A stretch of 64,000 nucleotides of DNA from an uncultured Cyclobacteriaceae bacterium. Its GTDB lineage: Bacteria; Bacteroidota; Bacteroidia; Cytophagales; Cyclobacteriaceae. Where the stretch lies: the NCBI GenBank assembly GCA_966095315.1, contig CBHTSG010000009.1:29082-93081 (forward strand), read 5' to 3'. The notes below the pieces were generated by a model that was not told the DNA's origin, did not search any database, and saw only the letters and a program-made list of their open reading frames with translations. The first letter of the stretch is position 1. The number at the start of each line of letters is the position of its first letter. Positions 29,265 to 39,844 of this stretch are shown here, piece after piece. The position numbers and the translations under genes are program-made.

Positions 29265-30431
29265 ATGGCTTACCTCATTTCTACCGCTACCCCATCAAAA
29301 ATCACGTTGCTCAGGGAATCACAGAAAGGAGCATCTACTTTATTTATCATCGTGGGGAGCATTTTTGTTTTGATTGGTATTGGGTTGAACGTGGTGATCG
29401 AACAATGGGAATTTCCGTTTTTGTTGTTCAAGTTGTTGTTTCCAGCATTTGGACTTATGGCTGTATTTTCCGGGATATTTTTGCCGGGGAATGTGCGTAA
29501 GACCACTCCCGAACAAATCACTTTTGATCATAGTAAGGGAGCCGTAATCATTGAGATGATCAAAAATGGTAATGAGGTGGGCTACATTCGATACGATGAA
29601 ATTGAAGGGTTTGATATTTATGTAGAGAAGCGCAGCTCATCTTCGTCTTCTTCGGGTCGAAGCTCAACTTATTACGATTATCATGTTTTTCTAAAAAAGA
29701 AAGATGGTGGAGAGTGGTTTCTCACAAAATCTTCCACACGCGATGAGGCGGAAGTGATCTTGAATACCTTTCGCACGCAAGTGCCGTTAGCCAATCCATT
29801 TACGATATCTCCTTCAGCAAAGCTATCTTCGAAACTTGCCAAACAGGAAGGAGTCGATAAAACGGTAGTTCATTGGCAAAATAAAATTACCTGGTGGACA
29901 CCCATCTTCCTGATCTTTTTTGCCACCGTGTTCACCAGCATCTTGAGCATACCCTTTACATCATTTGCATCCGGTGGTCCTGACGTATTTATTTTGATAG
30001 TAGTTGGCTTTATATTCACAATATTCTTGCTGGTGATGTTTATGGTGGTGCGCAAATTACTTAAGGATGCCACCACACGATACGCCATATCAATTGGCAA
30101 AACCCAAGTGGAGTATTACGAATTCTCAAAATCGAATGGCGCCATGAAAAATCACAAAGGAATTTCGTGCGATGCACTCGATCGTATCATTTATTCCTAC
30201 ACTCCTGGCAAATCTACTGATCACTCTGACCTCAAACTTTTAACCAAGGAAGATGTTGCTTACTGGCAGAAGACACAAGAGAATCCATTGATGGCATTGA
30301 AAGATATTTTCAAAAGTGTCAATCAACCAATCACACTATCAATCACTGCGTTAAATCCCGTGGAATGTTTGCAACTGGAAACATGGCTTCAGGAGTTGAT
30401 TTTAAAAAAATCTGAAAAGAAAGTTCTCTGA
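29265..30431 (+). CDS. membrane protein with duplicated 2TM + soluble-domain module
   Basis: Two TM hairpins, each followed by a beta-rich segment. Contains a poly-Ser insert. Confidence 0.75.
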   Translation: MAYLISTATPSKITLLRESQKGASTLFIIVGSIFVLIGIGLNVVIEQWEFPFLLFKLLFPAFGLMAVFSGIFLPGNVRKTTPEQITFDHSKGAVIIEMIKNGNEVGYIRYDEIEGFDIYVEKRSSSSSSSGRSSTYYDYHVFLKKKDGGEWFLTKSSTRDEAEVILNTFRTQVPLANPFTISPSAKLSSKLAKQEGVDKTVVHWQNKITWWTPIFLIFFATVFTSILSIPFTSFASGGPDVFILIVVGFIFTIFLLVMFMVVRKLLKDATTRYAISIGKTQVEYYEFSKSNGAMKNHKGISCDALDRIIYSYTPGKSTDHSDLKLLTKEDVAYWQKTQENPLMALKDIFKSVNQPITLSITALNPVECLQLETWLQELILKKSEKKVL

Positions 30432-30899
30432 TCACCGTTCTATATCACCAGCTTCCACTCCTATCCCATCAATCAAGTAAGGTTTACTTTTATCAAAACG
30501 CAAATTAAACGTGCCCGTCATCCCCATTCCGCCTCTAAGAACCATTTCCAACCTGTCCCCCAAAGGTTTGATCGATATTATTTTGCTATCGCCAAAATCA
30601 GCATGCAATTGTCCAAACATCGCAACTTTTGATTCGAGGTTGCTTTCCTCACTTGTGGCCGAGTCGGAAGCAGCGCCATTGTCGGACTTTGATATTTTTG
30701 CGCGCATCGGCTTATTAATCAAGGCTTGAGTATAGTTTTCCTTAATGAACTTTCTCCATTGCTCCTTATCAGGATGGCAGATAACACGGTGCATTTCGCG
30801 CGTACGCTTTTCCATTACCTTCTTCATAGATTCCTGAGCAAAAACACTCAAGGTCATTCCAGAAAATATCAATAGTGCAATCAGTTTATTCATAGTCAT
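30432..30899 (-). CDS. exported hypothetical protein
   Basis: Signal peptide ending FAQE. Its stop abuts the stop of the convergent gene. Confidence 0.7.
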   Translation of the reverse strand: MTMNKLIALLIFSGMTLSVFAQESMKKVMEKRTREMHRVICHPDKEQWRKFIKENYTQALINKPMRAKISKSDNGAASDSATSEESNLESKVAMFGQLHADFGDSKIISIKPLGDRLEMVLRGGMGMTGTFNLRFDKSKPYLIDGIGVEAGDIER

Positions 30900-30976
30900 T
30901 CGTTCTATTATCTTTAGATGAGTAATCCAAAGAATAAGTTTTACAATTTAGTCAGTAGCGATTAGAAAAATTACAA

Positions 30977-31339
30977 ATGAGAAAAGCTCTTGCTGAGGAG
31001 AACGGAAACAGAAAGAGATTCAGGGCGATCATGGCGTGCCTGGGTAAGAAAACCGGATATAATGGATACTCTGAAGAAACTATTTTACTAAAAAACATCG
31101 TAGACCTTGAAACGAACCAAAAGATGACTGACCATGTTTGGTTTAGTTATACAAAAGGGTTTCAGCAAGCAAAAATTTCTGAAGGCGATGCGGTTGAATT
31201 TGATGCCCGCATAAAGGAATACAAAAAAGGCTACGTGAACACCCGTTACAACATTGATCATCAAAAGCACGATTTCAAACTGAGTAATCCTACAAAAATT
31301 AAAAGAGTATCATTAAAAAGTGCACTTAACCAACAATGA
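30977..31339 (+). CDS. hypothetical basic beta-rich protein
   Basis: 120 aa, DHVWFSYTKGF...GDAVEFDARIKEYKKGY...FKLSNPTKI. Overlaps the next start by 4 nt. Confidence 0.7.
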   Translation: MRKALAEENGNRKRFRAIMACLGKKTGYNGYSEETILLKNIVDLETNQKMTDHVWFSYTKGFQQAKISEGDAVEFDARIKEYKKGYVNTRYNIDHQKHDFKLSNPTKIKRVSLKSALNQQ

Positions 31340-31746
31340 AAAACAGATTCTTTCAATTAGCTTTAGCACAAGCCTCCAGATTGATTGGGAAGCCTGCCCG
31401 ATTGATTAAACTGGCAACATCATTATTACATCGGCTGTATCTGCATAATCAGCGTCAACGAATTACAGTCAAATCGTTCAACGAGCAACTGCAAACCTTT
31501 GGCCGAATGATTAAGGCGTATGCTCGTGGTGAATATCGAGCCATGCCAGCCAAAACATTGATCAGCATTATTGCTGCTGTACTATATTTTCTAAATCCAT
31601 TTGATCTTATCCCAGACGCCATTATTGGCATTGGGCTCACCGATGATTTAGCTGTGCTTACCTGGGTTTACAAAACCTCACAGCAAGAGCTTAATAATTT
31701 TATTGCTTGGGAAGAAAACAAATTCTCTCAAGCTAGTCTGTTATAA
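31336..31746 (+). CDS. YkvA/DUF1232 family protein
   Basis: AVLYFLNPFDLIPD..IGIGLTDDLAVL. Confidence 0.9.
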   Translation: MKNRFFQLALAQASRLIGKPARLIKLATSLLHRLYLHNQRQRITVKSFNEQLQTFGRMIKAYARGEYRAMPAKTLISIIAAVLYFLNPFDLIPDAIIGIGLTDDLAVLTWVYKTSQQELNNFIAWEENKFSQASLL

Positions 31747-31777
31747 TTCTACGAATAAAACCCTAAACAACTAAATA

Positions 31778-32248
31778 ATGACAACACTTGACATCTGCCT
31801 GCTACAATGGGACGCGTACAACAAACGAATGGAAAAAATGATCGAATCAACCAGCTCGGATAATTTTTCAAAAGCAATCGTACCCGGTGGCAATTCACCT
31901 TCATGGCTCTTTGGACACCTTGCCGATACAGATGATAAACTTCTTGAACTATTTGGCATTCGCCAAAGGATGTATCCTGAACTGAGCACTATTTATCATC
32001 ACGAGCGTGGCGCCAATCAGGAAGGGCATCTTTCCAAAGATGAATTGCTCAAAAAATGGAAAGCGATTTCTGCTGAACTAGACCGAGCATTCAAAGCGAT
32101 GAACGAAAGCGATTGGCATGCGCGCCACGTGGCCGTTACTGAAGAAGATTTCAAGAAAGAACCGCACCGAAATAAATTAAATGTGATGCTTAGCAGGGTT
32201 ACCCACAAAGCATCACATTTAGGACAGATTGCGATGCAACCGAAATAA
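31778..32248 (+). CDS. DinB family protein
   Basis: NSPSWLFGHLA and C-terminal HKASHLGQI metal-binding helix. Confidence 0.85.
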   Translation: MTTLDICLLQWDAYNKRMEKMIESTSSDNFSKAIVPGGNSPSWLFGHLADTDDKLLELFGIRQRMYPELSTIYHHERGANQEGHLSKDELLKKWKAISAELDRAFKAMNESDWHARHVAVTEEDFKKEPHRNKLNVMLSRVTHKASHLGQIAMQPK

Positions 32249-32250
32249 CA

Positions 32251-35200
32251 TTAATTCTCCTTCCACTCCGGCCAGCGACCCGGAGTGTAAGGGGCATTAT
32301 TAATCTCAAGTTCCTTTTCAACAGTCTCGATTGCGGTGTGAACCTTCCGCATATCCACTAACAGTTGTGTGAATTGCCTGGCTGCTACTCCGTACGATTC
32401 AACATAAAGTTTTGGAATCTGATCGGTTGAACTCCATACAGCACCCTCAATACCACCAATACGATCATTGATGGATGGAATGGTTTCAAACTCTCTCCTA
32501 CTCAGTGTTTGATCTCCTGACAAAGAAAGATTAAGCAGTTGCAAATCTTTCTGAAGTGAGTATGCTTTCTCCAACAGCGCTTTGGCCGGAGCAGGCATAT
32601 CTTGAATGGCAAGGTTAATATTTTTCAGGCGCTGGCCCATGGAATTTACGATATCATTCGCGGCACTCACCGCTTTGCGGATGTCGGTCACTTTTTGGTA
32701 GAACGTAACATTTGCATTCATATTCGTAGGCAAGCTTCCATTCTCCAACAGCTTCACTGAAAACGCTACGGGCCCCGCCAATTCTGAGAGTACACCATCT
32801 TCATATTTGGATAGCGTTACTTTATATTGACCGGGAGCCACTAAAGAACCTTCTTCGGGGCCACCAAATAATTGATCGGCAGCCGGAGTGAATCTTCCTA
32901 CTACCGGTGCGGGATTGTTCGTACGGAAATCCCATACCAGGCGCTTTAGCCCCTTCTTCGCAGGCGCCTTCAAGTGCCGAACTACTGCTCCTGATTGATC
33001 CGTGATGGTAAACAGAAGATAAGGATCAGGTTGACTATCTTCTAACCGAAGTGTATCGATACTAGGGTAATACACTTTCTGTTTCTTCTCATACTTGGCC
33101 TTCTCCGCCTCCTGTCGCTTCTCCTTTAGTTTTTTGATGTCGTCTTTTAAGTAGTAGGAAAATACTGCACCCACCTTAGGATTCTTTGCCGAATAATAGC
33201 TGCTTCCCAAATGCCCCTTATCACGCAAGCCCAACGGAAAGCGCTCTACAAACATCAAACTCTCTTTCACAGGAAAGAGAATAGCAGTCTTATTCAAATC
33301 ATCTTTCTTAAGATTGCGGAGCAAGGAATAATCATCAAGAATGTAAAAGCCTCTTCCGAACGTAGCTAATACAAGGTCATTCTCTCTGCGTTGTATTTCA
33401 ATATCGCGCACAGCGATCGTTGGCAATCCTCCTTTCAATTGCGTCCAACTACTTCCTCCAGTGTTGGAAAAGAAAACACCGAACTCGGTACCAACAAATA
33501 ACAGATTAGGATCTACATGATCTTCTGCGATGGAGTAAACACTACCACGCACAGGCAGGTTGGCTTGGATGGGTTTCCAGGTCTTACCCGCATCAGATGT
33601 TTTTAATACATAGGGTTTGAAATCTCCGTTGCGATGTTGATTGAAGCAAACATAGGCGGTATTCTTATCGTGAAGCGAAGCAATGACCTGGTGAACATAG
33701 CTCTGCGGGGGAACTCCAGGCAGGTTATCAAACTTTGTCCAGGAGGAACCGCCATTTGTGGTAAGGTGTATTAGGCCATCATCCGTGCCAACCCATAATA
33801 CATTCGCATCCAGTTTTGATTCGGCAATAGTGGTGGTCTGTCCATAAATATCAGTGCTGCCATTCTTGGCAATGGCATCTACCGACCACACTCTGCCCAT
33901 CACTTCAATTTTATTGCGATCAACCTGACGGCTTAAGTCAGGACTGATCACCGTCCACGAATCGCCTCGATCGTCCGTGCGAAAGATCTTGTTAGCTCCG
34001 AAATAGAGTCGCGCATTGTTATGCTGACTAATTAGCAAAGGCGCGTCCCAATTCCATCGATAAGCAGGCTCCCCTTCTTTTTCAATCGGCCGGATGGATA
34101 AATACTGTCCTGTCTTCCGATCAAAACGATTCAGTCCTCCGTATTGACTTTGTGCATAAATTATATTTGGGTTCGACTGATCTACTTGCGTTTCAAAGCC
34201 ATCACCAATAGAAGTGATGTACCAATCCGAATTGACGATGCCATTGGCTGAAGTTGTACGGCTTGGCCCACCGAGGCTAAGATTATCCTGCGTTCCGCCA
34301 TGCACGCTATAAAATGGATAATCATTATCAGTAGCTACTTTATAGAATTGTGTTACGGGAAGGTTTGATTTAAAATCCCATGAGCCTGCAAAATCCCATG
34401 TTTCATACACGCCACCATCGCAGCCTACCAGCAAATGATTAGTGTCTTTCGGATCGACCCAAATGCAATGATTGTCAATGTGCTTATTGATTTCGCCCAG
34501 GTTTGAAACAGTTTTTCCACCATCATTGCTGACTTTATAGTACGTATCGGTAATAAAAATGCGGTCAACATTTTTCGGATCGCAGGTAATTTCCTGGTAG
34601 TAGTTGCCAGAGGTAAAAAATGAGTTACGCTTTTCCCAACTGGCTCCTTGATTTTCTGAACGATAGATGCCTCCTTTATCGTCTTTAGCTTCCACCACCG
34701 TGTAGAGCACATCAGGATTCACCGGGCTGATGGCCAATCCCATTCTTCCTACATCGCCACCAGGCAAGCCACCCTCCAATTTTTTCCAGGTGGTGCCACC
34801 ATCAGTTGTCTTATATAACGCTGACTCCGGGCCACCGCCAATGTAGGTAAAAACTTTGCGCATGCGCTGATGAAAGGCAGCGTACAACACGTTTGGATTT
34901 CGGGGATCCATCACCAGATCATTGCAACCTGTGTAGGCACTCACCGATTTCACACAGCTCCACGTTGCACCTCCATCCGTTGATTTATACACTCCGCGAT
35001 CTCCGCCCTCACTCCACACAGGACCATACGCTGCTACATAAATTATATTAGGATCAGTAGGGTGAACAACTATTTCTGCAATGTGTTCCGAATTCTTCAA
35101 TCCCATATTTTTCCAACTCTTGCCTCCATCTTCACTCTTGTACACACCATCGCCATAGGAAACCGAACGCTGATTGTTATTTTCACCAGACCCTACCCAG

Positions 35201-35535
35201 ATCGTACTGGTATTCGATGGATCAATAGTTACACAGCCAATAGAATAGGATCCTTGACCATCAAAGAGCGGAGTGAACGTAACACCATGATTGGTAGTCT
35301 TCCAAACGCCTCCCGCTGAAGAAGCCACATAATATTCACTGGAATTGTTTGGATTCACCGCAAAGTCTGAAATGCGACCAGAAGTAACAGCCGGGCCAAT
35401 GGATCGAAAGCTCAAACTGGAAAAAGTTTCGGATGCGAATCCGCTGACATCTGTAGCTGGTTTCTGCTGACCCCAAAGTGTGATCGATGCTCCCACCAGA
35501 AGCGTTAGCAAAATTGATTTTATAGAGAAGTGCAT
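32251..35535 (-). CDS. exported VPS10/BNR-repeat beta-propeller protein (sialidase/GH74-like fold)
   Basis: Multiple S/T-x-D-G-G-x-T/S-W Asp-box repeats, RSIGPA..SGRI, GG.QDN. Signal peptide. Confidence 0.88.
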   Translation of the reverse strand: MHFSIKSILLTLLVGASITLWGQQKPATDVSGFASETFSSLSFRSIGPAVTSGRISDFAVNPNNSSEYYVASSAGGVWKTTNHGVTFTPLFDGQGSYSIGCVTIDPSNTSTIWVGSGENNNQRSVSYGDGVYKSEDGGKSWKNMGLKNSEHIAEIVVHPTDPNIIYVAAYGPVWSEGGDRGVYKSTDGGATWSCVKSVSAYTGCNDLVMDPRNPNVLYAAFHQRMRKVFTYIGGGPESALYKTTDGGTTWKKLEGGLPGGDVGRMGLAISPVNPDVLYTVVEAKDDKGGIYRSENQGASWEKRNSFFTSGNYYQEITCDPKNVDRIFITDTYYKVSNDGGKTVSNLGEINKHIDNHCIWVDPKDTNHLLVGCDGGVYETWDFAGSWDFKSNLPVTQFYKVATDNDYPFYSVHGGTQDNLSLGGPSRTTSANGIVNSDWYITSIGDGFETQVDQSNPNIIYAQSQYGGLNRFDRKTGQYLSIRPIEKEGEPAYRWNWDAPLLISQHNNARLYFGANKIFRTDDRGDSWTVISPDLSRQVDRNKIEVMGRVWSVDAIAKNGSTDIYGQTTTIAESKLDANVLWVGTDDGLIHLTTNGGSSWTKFDNLPGVPPQSYVHQVIASLHDKNTAYVCFNQHRNGDFKPYVLKTSDAGKTWKPIQANLPVRGSVYSIAEDHVDPNLLFVGTEFGVFFSNTGGSSWTQLKGGLPTIAVRDIEIQRRENDLVLATFGRGFYILDDYSLLRNLKKDDLNKTAILFPVKESLMFVERFPLGLRDKGHLGSSYYSAKNPKVGAVFSYYLKDDIKKLKEKRQEAEKAKYEKKQKVYYPSIDTLRLEDSQPDPYLLFTITDQSGAVVRHLKAPAKKGLKRLVWDFRTNNPAPVVGRFTPAADQLFGGPEEGSLVAPGQYKVTLSKYEDGVLSELAGPVAFSVKLLENGSLPTNMNANVTFYQKVTDIRKAVSAANDIVNSMGQRLKNINLAIQDMPAPAKALLEKAYSLQKDLQLLNLSLSGDQTLSRREFETIPSINDRIGGIEGAVWSSTDQIPKLYVESYGVAARQFTQLLVDMRKVHTAIETVEKELEINNAPYTPGRWPEWKEN

Positions 35536-35689
35536 AGCGTTTGATTTTAATATTAGAAAGATACGAGTACCAATCCTTTAATGGAGAAAGATTGTGATGA
35601 AAGGAAGAGTGTACTACCAAGGGGCTAACTTTCAGAAATCGAGATTGCCTTGATAAACTATTTTCAGTTCAATGGATGAAATAGAGAAA

Positions 35690-35717
35690 GAAGGCTGGGC
35701 AATTTTACCCAGCCTTC
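35690..35717. terminator. terminator-like hairpin
   Basis: Perfect 10-bp stem GAAGGCTGGG-N8-CCCAGCCTTC just downstream of the 35728 stop. Confidence 0.7.
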
Positions 35718-35727
35718 AAGAAATTTA

Positions 35728-37464
35728 TTAATAGCGCCAGCTTTTTGTATCTGCACCTTTTGGTGCGCTCTCCTGAATACGTTTCAAAATCTTTGGAAGG
35801 TACATGGTATTGTAACGCAACCGCGATATGTAGTTGGGATTTTCCTGATCACCATTCCAACAATGCTCGGCACGATCGCCATAATCTACTTCACCTTTGT
35901 AAAATGGAGAGTTAGTTTTCTTGAGAAAATCTTCCATCAGGTATACGGCATTGTTCAAATAATAATTATCCATATCACCGCAGTAGATGTGAATTTTACC
36001 TTCCAGCTTGGGGCCAAGTGTTTTCCAATCGCGCTCAAGGATATAGCGCAGATCATAATGCTCCCGCCAATATTCGGCTACGCTTTTGTCGATCTCACCC
36101 GTCTCCTTATCAAAAATTCTTTTAGGATAACCATCTTCACCTTGTGGCGAGTACACTGCTTCCCAAATATCCCATTGCTGACCACTGCGCGATTTCGTTC
36201 CTAATGCCAGCTCAAGATGATTTGCTTCCGCCATGGTGCTTTGAATTTGCCCTAAGTAATTTCGATGTGCCGGCTTTGGCAGTTTTTTAAATTCACTGTC
36301 GTACCAGTATGCATTCTTGTCTTTATAAATGTCCACCAGGCAATAGGCACGAAAATCAATCGGATCAGGGCATGCCGCGAAACAACCATTAAAGTCATCC
36401 GGATAAAACATTTGCACGGCCAGTGCTTCCCATCCACCGGTTGAGCCACCGTAAGTAAATCGCGCCCAACCCTCTCCTATTCCTCGAAATTTACTTTCGA
36501 TCTCCGGCACTAACTCTTTCATAATAGCATCTCCGTAAGGGCCAAGATTGGCAGAGTTCACTGCATAAGAATCATCGTAATATGGATTTGCATGTTGAAC
36601 TTCGATAACGATAAAGCGTGGAAAGTTTTTGCTTGTCCATTGATTGTAGAAATTGTAGGCTTCCTGCTTCTCAAATTTCTTGTATCCATAAATTCCAAAA
36701 CGTGCTGAATAATCTGAGGTATCCATATCTGCAGGTGGCGGCTCAGTGCTAAAGCCTCCGAAGTCGCTGGGAAAATGACCATGATAAATCATTAAAGGAT
36801 ATCGGGCTTGTGGATGTTCATCAAATCCTTCTGGCAGCAAAACGTGCGCACCTATATACATTGGCTTACCCCAAAATTCGGTAAGCAACTTACTCTGAAT
36901 CTTGATGTGCTTGATGTACTTCGTATCTGCTGGCTCGGGAATTGGAGCAATCTTTTGATCCATTACTATTTTAATTTCAGCGCGCTTGGATGGATCGAAA
37001 GAAATTTTGATTGGCGTGCTATAGAAATTACCTGGCTTGCGATTCCATTGCTGTCCTTCACCCTGATCGGGTGGCAGCTTCACGGTGTGCCCTGTCTTCA
37101 ATTGAAAAGTCTCATAACGATTGATGAGTGCTTGCACGCTATAGTCTCCTGCCGGAACATCAGCTAACGAGCGGAACGGAAATCCAAACGCATTTTTTGC
37201 ATCGAGGACTATTTCCTGCCCAGGCTTCATGCCTTCCACATCAATACCAAAAACCAGTTGCGCATCCAGGCCATCGCTAATCTGAAAACGCGGTTCAGAC
37301 TTATCATTTTTAGAAAGCATCAGCAACAATCGCCCGTCCTGTGCCTGATCGTTTAATGCCTGATTAAATGTTATTGAAAAAGTAACTGGGCTTGTCGAAT
37401 TTTGTTGAGAACAGTTAGTGACGATAGCCAGAACTGAAATCAAAACGAATTGAAAGTATCTCAT
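35728..37464 (-). CDS. exported alpha/beta-hydrolase (putative esterase) with N-terminal beta domain
   Basis: GGSTGG nucleophile elbow, VLLP.GF, GDMD and final EH (putative triad). Lipoprotein-like signal peptide (TNC). Confidence 0.75.
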   Translation of the reverse strand: MRYFQFVLISVLAIVTNCSQQNSTSPVTFSITFNQALNDQAQDGRLLLMLSKNDKSEPRFQISDGLDAQLVFGIDVEGMKPGQEIVLDAKNAFGFPFRSLADVPAGDYSVQALINRYETFQLKTGHTVKLPPDQGEGQQWNRKPGNFYSTPIKISFDPSKRAEIKIVMDQKIAPIPEPADTKYIKHIKIQSKLLTEFWGKPMYIGAHVLLPEGFDEHPQARYPLMIYHGHFPSDFGGFSTEPPPADMDTSDYSARFGIYGYKKFEKQEAYNFYNQWTSKNFPRFIVIEVQHANPYYDDSYAVNSANLGPYGDAIMKELVPEIESKFRGIGEGWARFTYGGSTGGWEALAVQMFYPDDFNGCFAACPDPIDFRAYCLVDIYKDKNAYWYDSEFKKLPKPAHRNYLGQIQSTMAEANHLELALGTKSRSGQQWDIWEAVYSPQGEDGYPKRIFDKETGEIDKSVAEYWREHYDLRYILERDWKTLGPKLEGKIHIYCGDMDNYYLNNAVYLMEDFLKKTNSPFYKGEVDYGDRAEHCWNGDQENPNYISRLRYNTMYLPKILKRIQESAPKGADTKSWRY

Positions 37465-37640
37465 AGATAAGCTGCTTTAAGGAAGGAAGTTAAGGAGATT
37501 CGCGAATTAATACACCGAACGGTGCGCACTTGTAAACAAAATGTTAAAAGGGTAAACAAAGACGATGACGGCATAAATGCATACGAATTTTCCTGCATCA
37601 AACTGTTTACTTTTTAGTAGCTTCGCCCGTTTATTGAGCT

Positions 37641-39146
37641 ATGAATTTGTTCCAACGCTATCCGGTTTCCATCACCAACTCACTGAGTGGTAAAAAAGAA
37701 TTGTTCGAACCCATCAACCCACCTTTTGTAGGGTTGTATTCCTGCGGCCCAACGGTGTACAATGAAGTGCATCTCGGCAACCTGCGCACTTTTACTGCCT
37801 TTGATGTGGTGTATCGCTACCTCACGCACATTGGCTACAAAGTTCGGTACGTTCGAAACATCACCGATGCTGGTCATCTGACTAACGATGCCGGTGAAGG
37901 TGTAGATCGTATTGAAGAACGCGCCAAGTTAGAGCAACTGGAGCCAATGGAAGTGGTACAAAAGTATACATATGGGTTTCATGAAGTGTGCCGCATCTTC
38001 AACATCCTGCCACCAAGCATTGAGCCAACTGCCACCGGTCATATTGTTGAGCAAATTGAAATGGTGAAGAAGATTCTTGATAATGGTTTTGCATATGAAA
38101 AGAATGGCTCCGTTTATTTTGACGTGCGCAAGTTTATGGAGAAGCATAAGTATGGTGAACTGAGCGGAAGAAATATTGATGACCTCCTGGAAGGAACACG
38201 CGAGCTTGACGGACAAGACGAAAAGAAAAACTCAATCGACTTCGCGATTTGGAAGTCCGTGTCTCCTAACCATATTCAACGCTGGCCCTCTCCGTGGGGC
38301 GATGGAATTCCAGGCTGGCACTTAGAATGTTCTGCCATGGGCACAAAATACCTGGGCAAGCAATTCGATATACACGGTGGTGGCATGGACTTGAAATTTC
38401 CTCATCACGAGTGTGAGATTGCTCAAAATGTAGGCGCATTCGGCAATACTCCTGTGCGGTACTGGATGCATTCTAATATGCTTACGGTGAATGGCGAGAA
38501 AATGAGCAAGTCTAAAGGAAATTCATTTTTACCTCGCGAATTATTTGCAGGTGATCATCCCTTACTTGATAAGCCATACAGCCCAATGTCGGTGCGGTTC
38601 TTTATGCTGCAATCGCACTACAGCAGCACACTTGATTTTTCAAATGAAGCATTGAGTGCTGCGGAAAAAGGGTACAAGAAATTGAGTGCTGCATTAACCG
38701 CGGTGAAAAATCTCTCTTACACTTCGCAGACAACCGTGAATGCTGAATTGGTGAAGGACATCGATCGGATGACCGAGGAATGCTATCAGAATATGAGCGA
38801 TGATTTCAATACCGCAAAAACGCTTGCCGTGTTATTTGAAATGTCAGCACGAATCAATGATTTCAAATCTGGCAACGTGGCACTGAGCACCATTGATTTC
38901 CGAACATTTGAAAAACTTAAAAAGACCTACGTCAGTTTTATGGAAGATGTGCTTGGACTGATCGAAGAAAAAAGTGCTAGCAACAACTTGCTGGACGGAA
39001 CCATTAAAGTGTTGATTGAGTTACGAAAGAAATCGCGCCTGGATCGCAACTATGCATTGTCAGATAAAATTCGTGATGATTTAAAGGCAATTGGTGTGCA
39101 ATTGAAAGATGGAAAAGATGGAATGATGGAGTACACAATTGAATAA
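37641..39146 (+). CDS. cysS: cysteine--tRNA ligase
   Basis: CGPTVY..VHLGN, NITD, PGWHLECSAM, DIHGGGMDLKFPHHECE, KMSKS. Confidence 0.98.
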   Translation: MNLFQRYPVSITNSLSGKKELFEPINPPFVGLYSCGPTVYNEVHLGNLRTFTAFDVVYRYLTHIGYKVRYVRNITDAGHLTNDAGEGVDRIEERAKLEQLEPMEVVQKYTYGFHEVCRIFNILPPSIEPTATGHIVEQIEMVKKILDNGFAYEKNGSVYFDVRKFMEKHKYGELSGRNIDDLLEGTRELDGQDEKKNSIDFAIWKSVSPNHIQRWPSPWGDGIPGWHLECSAMGTKYLGKQFDIHGGGMDLKFPHHECEIAQNVGAFGNTPVRYWMHSNMLTVNGEKMSKSKGNSFLPRELFAGDHPLLDKPYSPMSVRFFMLQSHYSSTLDFSNEALSAAEKGYKKLSAALTAVKNLSYTSQTTVNAELVKDIDRMTEECYQNMSDDFNTAKTLAVLFEMSARINDFKSGNVALSTIDFRTFEKLKKTYVSFMEDVLGLIEEKSASNNLLDGTIKVLIELRKKSRLDRNYALSDKIRDDLKAIGVQLKDGKDGMMEYTIE

Positions 39147-39148
39147 CC

Positions 39149-39370
39149 TTGCTAAAGAAACTTTTCATACTGCCCATTAAAATCTACCAATACACACTAT
39201 CACCAATGTTGGGTGCGCATTGCAGGCATACACCATCATGCTCTGCCTATACGATTGAAGCGATTAATGAATGGGGTGTTTTGAAAGGAATATGGATCGG
39301 TGCAAAGCGAATTGCGCGATGTCACCCCTGGGGCACCAGCGGCTACGATCCTATACCAAGAAAAAAGTGA
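39149..39370 (+). CDS. yidD: membrane protein insertion efficiency factor
   Basis: YQYTLSP, CRHTPSCSAY, RIARCHPWG..GYDP. Confidence 0.93.
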   Translation: MLKKLFILPIKIYQYTLSPMLGAHCRHTPSCSAYTIEAINEWGVLKGIWIGAKRIARCHPWGTSGYDPIPRKK

Positions 39371-39371
39371 A

Positions 39372-39650
39372 TTAGAGAATAGGCTTACCCTTGAGGGAGC
39401 GAATTGATTCTACGCGGATAGGAATTGCACCATTGAGTTTGATGTACCCTGTGTTCTCATCGGTCTGATAAAGGGACATTTTCCAGTTACCATTACTGTT
39501 CCATAAGCTCATAGCAAGACTTTCGGCACCGATAAACAATCGCTTCCAATTGTCACCGGTAAGCTTACACGGAACTTTTGCTACAATTTTATGATGTTGA
39601 TAGAGATTGATAAAAGAAGTAGACTCATCCAACACCGCACGATACTCCAT
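39372..39650 (-). CDS. hypothetical protein
   Basis: 92-aa ORF from MEYRAV filling the gap. Protein-like beta-strand pattern, no motif. Confidence 0.55.
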   Translation of the reverse strand: MEYRAVLDESTSFINLYQHHKIVAKVPCKLTGDNWKRLFIGAESLAMSLWNSNGNWKMSLYQTDENTGYIKLNGAIPIRVESIRSLKGKPIL

Positions 39651-39844
39651 TCCCCTGCGAAAAAATTTTGCGCAAAGAAAGCATAAAACAAGCAATCGAT
39701 TGATATTGTTTTCTAAACAATTTTACCTCGGCTTAAGAAAATTCTGACGACAGTACCATTCACAGAATATTTTCCTGTCAAATCATATTAATCTTTCGTT
39801 TTTATAGACCATCACTTACTTTTAGTTCAATAAAAAATTTATTC

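Noticed and set aside
27998-32248. PLD/KTSC/hypothetical cluster as a defence island or prophage remnant
   Set aside because: No integrase, att sites, restriction-modification or recognised defence genes. Neighbours (SRPBCC, YkvA, DinB) are ordinary, so the genes are reported only individually.
32251-35535. Repeated sequence blocks in the large minus-strand gene
   Set aside because: Explained by ordinary Asp-box/BNR protein repeats.
37520-37560. Repeated GTAAACA upstream of cysS as a T-box or operator
   Set aside because: No T-box consensus (AAUUAGGGUGGNACC) and only a 7-bp match in AT-rich DNA.
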